A DNA stretch of 64,000 nt, taken from Pseudomonadales bacterium. Its GTDB lineage: Bacteria > Pseudomonadota > Gammaproteobacteria > Pseudomonadales > Azotimanducaceae. Positions 56,881 to 64,000 of the stretch are shown piece after piece. Each line of letters starts with the position of its first letter. The first letter of the stretch is position 1. A program made the position numbers and the translations under genes. The notes beneath the pieces were generated by a model that saw only the letters and a program-made list of their open reading frames with translations, was not told where the DNA came from and did no database searches. The stretch spans positions 1,646,037-1,710,036 of the forward strand of contig OY764266.1 in assembly GCA_963668365.1 (NCBI GenBank), given 5' to 3'.

Positions 56881-57744
56881 ATGAGCGAAGCACAATTCGA
56901 CAGAACCGAAGAGAACATCGGCAACGTGCTCATCCTGCAGCACATCAACCTGTGCGTCCCGGACCTGTACCTCGCGACCATCTTCTACGTGTCGGGCATC
57001 GGCCTGACGCGCGACCCCTATGTCGACTTCGGCGGGCCCATCATGTGGGTGAACGCGGGCGAGCAGCAGTTCCACCTGTTGCAGAACACGGCCCAGAAGT
57101 GGCGCGGCCATATCGGCGTGGTGGTGCCGAGTCTCGACGACCTGAGGACCCGCCTCGAACGGGTCGGCAAGACCCTGGCCGATACCGAGTTCGCCTGGAG
57201 CGAAGCGGACGGTTTCGTCCAGGTGACGTGCCCCTGGGGCAATGACATCCGCGTCTTCGGACCCGACAGCTTCCCGGGCTGCTACCTCGGCATCCCGTAC
57301 GCCGAGATGCTCGTCGCTCCGGGCGCCGCCGAAGGCATCGCGAAGTTCTACGAGCGCATCCTGAACGCGCCGGCAACGGTCGCGGACGACAATGAAGGCA
57401 GGCGCACCGAGGTCTCGATGGGCTTCGGTCAGCAACTCATCTACCAGGAGACCGATGGCGCCATCCCCGAATACGACGGCCACCACATCGCCATACACAT
57501 CGCCGACTTCTCCGGGCCGCATGCGTATCTCGCCGAGCACGACCTTCTGACCGAGGAATCGGACCAGCACCAGTATCGATTCCAGGCGGTCGTGGACCCG
57601 GACAGCGGCGAGACGCTGGCGGAACTCGAGCACGAGGTGCGCAGCCTCAGGCACCCGATGTTCAAGCGCAACCTGGTGAACCGCAATCCCGGGCAGACGT
57701 TCTTCAATTACGTCGAAGGGCGCGACGCGTTCTACCCGGGGTGA
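56881..57744 (+). CDS. two-domain VOC/glyoxalase-like hypothetical protein
   Basis: LILQHINLCVPDLYLATIFYVSGIGLT is a VOC beta-alpha-beta-beta-beta start. GAGGAGG RBS. Confidence 0.45.
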   Translation: MSEAQFDRTEENIGNVLILQHINLCVPDLYLATIFYVSGIGLTRDPYVDFGGPIMWVNAGEQQFHLLQNTAQKWRGHIGVVVPSLDDLRTRLERVGKTLADTEFAWSEADGFVQVTCPWGNDIRVFGPDSFPGCYLGIPYAEMLVAPGAAEGIAKFYERILNAPATVADDNEGRRTEVSMGFGQQLIYQETDGAIPEYDGHHIAIHIADFSGPHAYLAEHDLLTEESDQHQYRFQAVVDPDSGETLAELEHEVRSLRHPMFKRNLVNRNPGQTFFNYVEGRDAFYPG

Positions 57745-57759
57745 ACGCGCCGCCATGCG

Positions 57760-58179
57760 TTACGTGGCGGGGAGCCGGATCTCCGCGCCAAGCTGGCGGA
57801 CGACGGCCAGGCTGTCGCTGACGACCTCGTAGTCCACGAGCATTCCGTCCTGCAGCCGGAACATGCTCACGTTCCTGGCCTCGATCGGTTTGCCCGTAGG
57901 CTGCAAGCCCCACATTTCCATGGTATGCGTCGTGCGCAGGTGCCATACGCCGACGACCTCGTCGTCCGAGGCGATGATGCGCTCGACATCAATCTCGAAG
58001 TCGTCGAGGCGCGCGCGAAACCTGGACACATGCCTCTTGAGGGCGGCCGGTCCGCGAATGGTCTGCGAATGGTCGACCATGTCCTCGGCGGCGAACCCGT
58101 CGATCAGCTCCAGCTTGCCCCGGGCCACCACCTCCGTGAGATAGCAGCGCATCACTTCTTCGCAACGTTGTCGCGTCAT
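57760..58179 (-). CDS. SnoaL-like polyketide cyclase / ester cyclase (NTF2-like fold)
   Basis: MTRQRCEEVMRCYLTEVVARGKLELIDGFAAEDMVDH... matches the ester-cyclase family. Confidence 0.65.
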   Translation of the reverse strand: MTRQRCEEVMRCYLTEVVARGKLELIDGFAAEDMVDHSQTIRGPAALKRHVSRFRARLDDFEIDVERIIASDDEVVGVWHLRTTHTMEMWGLQPTGKPIEARNVSMFRLQDGMLVDYEVVSDSLAVVRQLGAEIRLPAT

Positions 58180-58278
58180 GGCCTTGCTCCCCGGTAGACT
58201 GCTCGATCATACGCTGCACAACTCAGGTCAGGTGCGGTCAGGCATCAAGCCTGGCTGAGCCCAGGAACACCGCCCGAT

Positions 58279-59979
58279 ATGCGCAATACCGTCGTCGCGA
58301 TACTTGGACTGCTGCTGACCGCCGCGTGCGGCGGCGGGGGATCGAGCCCCCCCTCGCCGCCGGCGCCGCCTCCTGCGCCACCGCCGCAACCTCCCGCCCC
58401 GCCTCAGGGCGAAGCTCGATTCACCGACGTGACAGTGCGGTCCGGCATCAACTACCAGCATGGCTACCTGAATCCCACCGCGGGGTCGGAGCCGGAAGAG
58501 TTCGGCGGCGGCGTGGCGAGTGGCGACTTTGACGGCGACGGTTGGATAGACCTTTTCGTTCTGCGCGGCGACATCGGGCCAAACCTGCTCTACCGCAACC
58601 TGGGCGACAACGTGTTCGAGGAAGTCGCCGAAGCGGCCGGTGTGGCGTACACCCGGTCTTCGGGCCAGAACTACCGGCATAGCGGACCGGCATTCGCCGA
58701 TATGGACGGCGACGGCGACCTCGACCTGTTCATAGGCGGTATCGAACACGATCCGAGCTTCCTGTTCCATAACGAGGGCGATGGCACCTTCACGGACGTG
58801 ACCGCGGAGTCCGGAATCGACACTATCGCCTCCAAGTACACGCTCTCGGCGGCGTTTGGCGACTATGACCTCGACGGCGACCTGGACATGTTCCTCACCC
58901 ATTGGGGCACACGCCGGGGCATCGGCGAGCCCGTCAACACCGAACACCTCTGGCGAAACGACACGCGACACGGCGTCATCAGGTTCATCGACGTGAGCCT
59001 GGAGGCCGGCATTTCGCCGAGCATCATTTCGCCGGACCCGCACAAGTCGCTCGGCGGCGCCGGGTTCGACTACACGTTTTCTCCGACTTTTGCCCGCATC
59101 GACGACGATCGGTTCCCCGACCTGGTGATCTCGGGGGACTTTCTCACCTCGATGTTCTATCTCAACAACCGCGACGGCAGCTTCCGAAACGCCACCGACC
59201 GCAACGTGTTAATGGATCAGAACGGCATGGGCACCGCCGTGGGGGACTACGACGCGGACGGTGACCTCGACTGGTTCGTCACGTCCATCTGGAGCCGGCA
59301 GGACGAACACGGCGAGCAGGCATTCGAACTGGGCAACCGGCTCTACAACAACGTGGGCGGCGCGTTCGTAGATGTCACCGACGCCGCCGGCGTGCACGAC
59401 GGCGGCTGGGGCTGGGCCGCGTGCTTCGCCGACTTCGACAACGACACCGACCTGGATATCTACCACACCAACGGCTGGAGCGTGTCCTTCGAGCCGGATA
59501 ACTTCCACGCGGACGAGAGTCGACTGTTCGTGGCCGCGGGCGACGGCACGTTCATCGAGGACGCCACGACCGCCGGAATCGCGGACAATGAACGCGGCTA
59601 TGCGGCCGTCTGCGCGGATTTCGACAACGACGGCGACGTGGACGTGTTCCAGGCCCACCGCGACCCGGACAACGCCGCCACCCTGTGGCGCAACGACACA
59701 ACAGGCAACCAGTACCTGAGAGTGCGCCTTGTCGGTCTGCCTCCGAACACGGAAGCGGCCGGTGCCCGAATCCGGGCGACAGTGGGGGAAAAAGAACTAC
59801 TGCGCGAGATCGTTATCGGCAGCAACTTCACGTCGCAGAACCCGACAGTGCAGGTGTTCGGCCTCGGCGGCGCATCGGTTGTCGACAGGCTCGTCGTCGA
59901 ATGGCCCGACGGCCGCGAGACCACGCAAACACAGGTCGCCGCCGGACAGACGCTGGTGCTGGAGCATCCCGACCTGTAA
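58279..59979 (+). CDS. CRTAC1-family lipoprotein (FG-GAP/VCBS repeats plus ASPIC/UnbV C-terminal domain)
   Basis: Lipobox LLTAACGG, Pro-rich linker, repeated DxDGDGxxDLF FG-GAP motifs, C-terminal UnbV_ASPIC-like region. Confidence 0.75.
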   Translation: MRNTVVAILGLLLTAACGGGGSSPPSPPAPPPAPPPQPPAPPQGEARFTDVTVRSGINYQHGYLNPTAGSEPEEFGGGVASGDFDGDGWIDLFVLRGDIGPNLLYRNLGDNVFEEVAEAAGVAYTRSSGQNYRHSGPAFADMDGDGDLDLFIGGIEHDPSFLFHNEGDGTFTDVTAESGIDTIASKYTLSAAFGDYDLDGDLDMFLTHWGTRRGIGEPVNTEHLWRNDTRHGVIRFIDVSLEAGISPSIISPDPHKSLGGAGFDYTFSPTFARIDDDRFPDLVISGDFLTSMFYLNNRDGSFRNATDRNVLMDQNGMGTAVGDYDADGDLDWFVTSIWSRQDEHGEQAFELGNRLYNNVGGAFVDVTDAAGVHDGGWGWAACFADFDNDTDLDIYHTNGWSVSFEPDNFHADESRLFVAAGDGTFIEDATTAGIADNERGYAAVCADFDNDGDVDVFQAHRDPDNAATLWRNDTTGNQYLRVRLVGLPPNTEAAGARIRATVGEKELLREIVIGSNFTSQNPTVQVFGLGGASVVDRLVVEWPDGRETTQTQVAAGQTLVLEHPDL

Positions 59980-60002
59980 CGACGGGTCCGTCCGGCGCTT
60001 AG

Positions 60003-61307
60003 GAAGCTCGCCAAATTAATCTATCCGTTCATGGTGTTTGGCAAGAGGCTGTAGTTCCACTCGCCATGGAAGGGGTCGCGCTTGATGGCGAGGTTGTTCA
60101 TCTGCGCGTCGGTGATCTGGCGGCCGGTCGGGTATTGGCCTTCGTCGAGTTCGGAGCGGATCGCCAGGCCCTCCCTGGTGGTCGTTGCGCCGATCAGGTT
60201 GACCACGACCTCGTGGCTCACCAGCGGCCGGCCGCGCCAGTTCTGGGTGATGTGGCAGAACATGCGATGCTCGATCTTGTTCCACTTGCTGGTGCCCGGC
60301 GGGAAGTGACACACCGAGATGCGCAGCCCGAGGGTGTCGGCCAGCTGCTGCAGCTCGTACTTCCACAGGCGCGAACGGCTGCCGTTGGAACCGCCGCCGT
60401 CCGCCGTGACCAGCAGGCGGCGGGCCTCCGGGTAGGCGTGGCGACCCATCTGCCGCCACCAGCGCCGCAGCGTCGCCACCGCGAACTCCGAGGTGTCGTG
60501 GTCCACGCCGACGCCCACCCAGCCGGCGTTGGCCGTCAGGTCGTACACCCCGTACGGAATCGCCTTGCCGAGGTCCCGGTCGATGAAGTCATGCACCTTC
60601 ACCTCCTCGGGGCGTCCCTTCGGACGCCATTCCCTGCCGCCGTTGCGGTACGGGCCGACCAGCTCCTTCTTCTTCGTGTCCACCGACACCACCGGCTGCC
60701 CCAGGCGCTGGAACGCCCGCACGCGTCGGTCGATGCGCCGGAACTGCGCGTCGCGGTCCGGATGCTGGCGTCCTTCGAGCGTCTTGCGGTTGGCCTGCAG
60801 GCTGTAGCCCAGTTCGTGCAGCAGGCGATTCACCGTGCGCTCGCTGACCGGATGCCCCGCGTCCCGCAACCGTCGCGCCAACCGCGCCGCGCTGCTGCAG
60901 GTCCAGCGCAACGGGCCGGTCGGGTCGCCCCGCGTCACCGGCTCGAGTTCCCGCTCCAGCGCGTCCACCAGGCCCGCGTCCCGCGCCGTCAGCGTCTTGC
61001 GGCCGCCGCCCGGACGGCGCTGCCGCGCGGCCCCCACCGGCGCCGCCCCCGCGTCCAGCTCCCGCAACCCCGCGCGCACCGTGACCCGCGACATCCCCGT
61101 CGCCTCGGCGACGCGCGTCACGCCGCCACGCCCGATGGCCCGCGCCTCCGCCGCCGCCCACAGCCGACGCGTGCGCTCATCCAGCAGCGGCCCCAACACC
61201 GCGTACTTCCCCCGCAACGCCTCCGTCACCGCCGCTTGCGTCAAACCAGCCATCGCCGACAGCATAACAAACGCCGATCATATCGGACATTCTATTTTGG
61301 CGAGAGC
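60003..61307. mobile_element. ISAzo13-family insertion sequence (~1.3 kb) with imperfect terminal inverted repeats
   Basis: IRL GAAGCTCGCCAAATTAATCTATCC (60003-60026) vs reverse complement of IRR GCTCTCGCCAAAATAGAATGTCC (61285-61307), about 17 of 22 matching. A single transposase ORF fills the element. Confidence 0.7.
60021..61265 (-). CDS. ISAzo13-family DDE transposase
   Basis: 414 aa with the characteristic VSVDTKKKELVG...HFPPGTSKWNKIEHRMFCHITQNW segments of the Rhodopirellula-type (ISAzo13) transposase. Confidence 0.8.
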   Translation of the reverse strand: MLSAMAGLTQAAVTEALRGKYAVLGPLLDERTRRLWAAAEARAIGRGGVTRVAEATGMSRVTVRAGLRELDAGAAPVGAARQRRPGGGRKTLTARDAGLVDALERELEPVTRGDPTGPLRWTCSSAARLARRLRDAGHPVSERTVNRLLHELGYSLQANRKTLEGRQHPDRDAQFRRIDRRVRAFQRLGQPVVSVDTKKKELVGPYRNGGREWRPKGRPEEVKVHDFIDRDLGKAIPYGVYDLTANAGWVGVGVDHDTSEFAVATLRRWWRQMGRHAYPEARRLLVTADGGGSNGSRSRLWKYELQQLADTLGLRISVCHFPPGTSKWNKIEHRMFCHITQNWRGRPLVSHEVVVNLIGATTTREGLAIRSELDEGQYPTGRQITDAQMNNLAIKRDPFHGEWNYSLLPNTMNG

Positions 61308-61351
61308 CCTTACCGATCTCCGCAGCCAATCCGACAACTGGTCGGACGCAG

Positions 61352-63067
61352 TCAGCTGGCGCGAGCGAGCGGACTCCGCAACACCTGTCCCGACTGGGCA
61401 CCGGTGTGCTCGTTGTTGCGCAACATCACCTGGCCGTTGACCACCGTCGCGGCGATGCCGTCGGCGGTCTGCTTGTAGCGCATCGAGCCACCCGGCAGAT
61501 CGCGCTCGACGGTGGGCAGGCGCGGCCCGACCGTGTTCGGATCGAACACGAGAAGGTCCGCGGCGAGCCCGACTCGCACCAGGCCGCGGTCGTACAGGCC
61601 CCACTGCCTGGAAATGTCGTAGGTCAACAGCCGCACCGCTTCTTCCATCGTCAGCTTCTGCTCCGCGCGCACCCAGTGGCTCAGGACGTGGCTTTGCAGC
61701 GAGCTGTCCATGAGTTGCGCGACGTGGGCGCCGGAGTCCGACAGGGTCACCACCGTGTGCGGGTGTTTCATGATCTCCAGCACGTGATCCTGGTTCAGAT
61801 TCGTCGCAGGGCGCCGCCACAGCGCCTTGAGGTCGGTTTCGAGCGCCAGATCGATGAAGAGTTGCGCGGGGTGGACACCGCGCTCGGCGGCGACGTCCGA
61901 CATGCTGCGCTGGTCGCGATCGATCAGCGTGTCCATGATGAGTATCCGGTCCCAATCCGGCGGACGCGTGTCGAGGCCGCCGAAGGAGTTGCGGAACGCC
62001 TTGCCTTCCGGATTGTCGGCGATGCCGAGGAGCCTGGCCCGGACGGCCGGATCCCCGAGCTTGACCTTCTGCTCCTCGAGCGGCAGCGCCCGGATCTCCC
62101 GCCAGTGATCCCAGGTATCGAAGGGCGTGCGGGCCTCGAAGCTGAACATGACATCCAGGGTGCGCGAGTGCGCCTGGGCGAACATGCGTCCGCCGGCGGC
62201 GGCGACTTCGTCCAGCAGCGCCAGTTTTCCACGCCAGTAGGGCTCCCCCCCGTCCCCGGCGGCCACGCCCCACGTCATGGGCACGCCGGACTCGATGCTG
62301 AGCTGCCTGATGCGGTCGTGGTAGTCGCGGGTCCCCTCGGGGTCTCCAACGGTGATGTCGCCGGCAATCTCGAACACGCCGGCGCCGGTTTCGCCCATGG
62401 CGTTGACGATGGCGCGAACCTCGCTCCAGTCGGAGACGGCGCTCGCCACCGGCTTGTCGGTGAACAGGCGATGCGTGCGCGAGGTCGAGAAGCCGATCGC
62501 GCCCGCGCGCACGGCCTCCTGCACGATCCGGCACATGGCGGCGAGTTCGTCTTCGGTCGCCTGCTCGGTGAACGCGCGTTCGCCCATGACGTAGGTGCGA
62601 AGCGCAGAGTGGCCGATGTAGCCGGCATAGTTGATGCCTTTCGGCACGGCCTCCACCGCATCGAGATAGTCGGGGTAGGTCTCCCAGGTCCACTTGATGC
62701 CTTCCTGCATCGACTCGCGGGCGATGTCCTCGGCCCGCTCGAGGTTTCGGATCGCGAGATCCTGCTGTTCCTCGGGACAGGGCGCGAGGGTGAACCCGCA
62801 GTTGCCCATCACCACGCTGGTGACGCCGTGGTAGCAGGAAGACGAGCCGATGCGATCCCAGAACACCTGGGCGTCCATGTGGGTGTGGCCATCGATGAAG
62901 CCCGGGCTCACGACGTGGCCCTCGGCGTCGATGGTCTCGGCGCCGTTTTCGCGGATGCGGCCGATCAGCGCAATCTTGCCGCCGGAGATTCCGACGTCGG
63001 CATGGAACGCCGGCGCGCCCGATCCATCGATGATGGAACCGTTCTTGATGACCAGATCGTATGGCAT
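61352..63067 (-). CDS. N-acyl-D-amino-acid deacylase (D-aminoacylase, amidohydrolase superfamily)
   Basis: MPYDLVIKNGSIIDGSG...HVVSPGFIDGHTHMD metal-binding start and a conserved C-terminal body. ATG 63067 with an AGGAGAGGAAG RBS. The ORF-track N-terminal extension to 63355 is rejected. Confidence 0.8.
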   Translation of the reverse strand: MPYDLVIKNGSIIDGSGAPAFHADVGISGGKIALIGRIRENGAETIDAEGHVVSPGFIDGHTHMDAQVFWDRIGSSSCYHGVTSVVMGNCGFTLAPCPEEQQDLAIRNLERAEDIARESMQEGIKWTWETYPDYLDAVEAVPKGINYAGYIGHSALRTYVMGERAFTEQATEDELAAMCRIVQEAVRAGAIGFSTSRTHRLFTDKPVASAVSDWSEVRAIVNAMGETGAGVFEIAGDITVGDPEGTRDYHDRIRQLSIESGVPMTWGVAAGDGGEPYWRGKLALLDEVAAAGGRMFAQAHSRTLDVMFSFEARTPFDTWDHWREIRALPLEEQKVKLGDPAVRARLLGIADNPEGKAFRNSFGGLDTRPPDWDRILIMDTLIDRDQRSMSDVAAERGVHPAQLFIDLALETDLKALWRRPATNLNQDHVLEIMKHPHTVVTLSDSGAHVAQLMDSSLQSHVLSHWVRAEQKLTMEEAVRLLTYDISRQWGLYDRGLVRVGLAADLLVFDPNTVGPRLPTVERDLPGGSMRYKQTADGIAATVVNGQVMLRNNEHTGAQSGQVLRSPLARAS

Positions 63068-63099
63068 AGCTTCCTCTCCTGCTGCTTTGCTTACGTCGA

Positions 63100-64000
63100 T
63101 TAATGCGCGGTCTGTGCGAGCGGCCCGCGCAGTACCCGCCCCGGCTGGGCGCCGGTGTGTTCGTTGTTCCGCAACAGCACCTGGCCGTTCACGATGGTCG
63201 CGGCGATGCCGCGCCCGGTCTGCTTCAGGCGCATCTCGCCCGCCGGGAGGTCGTGCTCCACCGTAGGCATGTTCCCGCCGATGGTCTCCGGATCGAACAC
63301 CACGAGATCCGCGGCGAGCCCCATCCGCAACAGCCCGCGATCGTGCAGGCCCCATCGCGTCGCCGGCTCGTAGGTCAGCATGCGCACCGCCTCTTCCAGC
63401 GTCAGCTCCTGCTTCTTGCGCACCCAGTGGCTGAAGACGTGCGTCTGCAGCGAGCTGTCCATGATCATGCCGACATGGGCGCCCGAATCCGAGAACGTCA
63501 CCACCGTGTGCGGATGACGCATCATCTTCAGCACGTGATCGTCGTTCTCGTTGGCGGTGGCGCTGCGCCAGATGAGCTTGAGATCATGCTCGAGGGCGAG
63601 GTCGATCATGAGTTCGACGGGCTTCACCCCGCGTTCGGCAGCGACTTCTGCAAAGGAACGATGCTCGCCCTCGACCGTGTCCATGATGAGCAGCCGGCTC
63701 CAGTTCGGCGGCCGCGCCGGGGAGATGCCGCCCCAGGAGTTGGGGAACAGCTTGTCGCCGGGGTTGGTGGCGATGTCGACAAGCTTGGCCCTGATGGCCG
63801 GATCCCTGAGCTTGACCTTCTGCTCTTCGATCGGCAGTGACCGAACTTCGCGCCAGTGGTCCCAACCGTCGAACGGCGTGCGGGATTCGAAGCTCTGGAG
63901 CAGGTTCAGCGAGCGCGAGTGCACCTGGGCGAACATGTTCCCGCCCGCGGCGGCCACATCGTCCAGCAGCCGGAGATATGTCCGCCAGTCCTGCGGCTCG
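63100..64000 (-). CDS. second D-aminoacylase paralog, C-terminal part (5' end beyond the window)
   Basis: About 60-65% identical to the C-terminal 285 aa of the upstream paralog (…HPHTVVTFSDSGAHVGMIMDSSLQTHV…). The ORF continues past position 64000. Confidence 0.7.
   Translation of the reverse strand, partial: EPQDWRTYLRLLDDVAAAGGNMFAQVHSRSLNLLQSFESRTPFDGWDHWREVRSLPIEEQKVKLRDPAIRAKLVDIATNPGDKLFPNSWGGISPARPPNWSRLLIMDTVEGEHRSFAEVAAERGVKPVELMIDLALEHDLKLIWRSATANENDDHVLKMMRHPHTVVTFSDSGAHVGMIMDSSLQTHVFSHWVRKKQELTLEEAVRMLTYEPATRWGLHDRGLLRMGLAADLVVFDPETIGGNMPTVEHDLPAGEMRLKQTGRGIAATIVNGQVLLRNNEHTGAQPGRVLRGPLAQTAH

Noticed and set aside
60066-61478. + ORF 60066-61478 (470 aa)
   Set aside because: Antisense to the ISAzo13 transposase. 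Arg/Pro-rich.
61352-63355. N-terminal 96 codons of ORF 61352-63355
   Set aside because: D-aminoacylase homology starts at MPYDLVIKNG (ATG 63067, strong RBS). The upstream part is Arg/Gly-rich.
1-64000. CRISPR arrays, integrase/recombinase genes, rRNA
   Set aside because: No regularly spaced direct repeats with unique spacers were found. The only DDE/transposase-like protein is the ISAzo13 transposase. No tyrosine or serine recombinase signatures appear in any ORF translation.

Overview
High-GC (roughly 65%) proteobacterial chromosomal window, gene-dense on both strands, with strong flexible-genome character. Core genes: scoAB CoA-transferase, H+-pyrophosphatase hppA, a TonB-dependent receptor, an MsbA-like ABC exporter, a polyamine operon (speH, lipoprotein, DUF350, membrane-fused speE), a pspA/DUF4178/DUF2170 (yjfIJ-like) cluster, recQ, creD, and csgG-like, CRTAC1-like and D-aminoacylase paralogs. 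These are interleaved with many selfish or defence-type modules. There are at least six type II toxin-antitoxin pairs (VapBC, ParDE, two RES-Xre/DUF2384, Phd-ParE, a zeta-like P-loop pair with an in-frame stop) plus a degenerate RES remnant. Defence relics are a truncated hsdR and a 5'-truncated DUF4276. tRNA-Ser(CGA) sits at an AT-rich junction and has a partial duplicated copy carrying an internal insertion; a tRNA-Pro(TGG) is also present. There is one ISAzo13-family IS element, a tandem DUF3604 duplication next to an AT-rich orphan ORF, a (GGTTC)6 microsatellite inside a duplicated gene fragment, and a C10 tract plus a palindrome in the TonB receptor promoter. The most interesting locus is an unrecognised two-gene P-loop NTPase operon (38946-42578, minus strand) directly upstream of recQ, whose 5' coding region is split by a G10 homopolymeric tract. 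It is a candidate phase-variable defence or contingency system. No CRISPR array, integrase or rRNA was found. All calls come from reading the supplied ORF translations and the sequence; no database searches were run.
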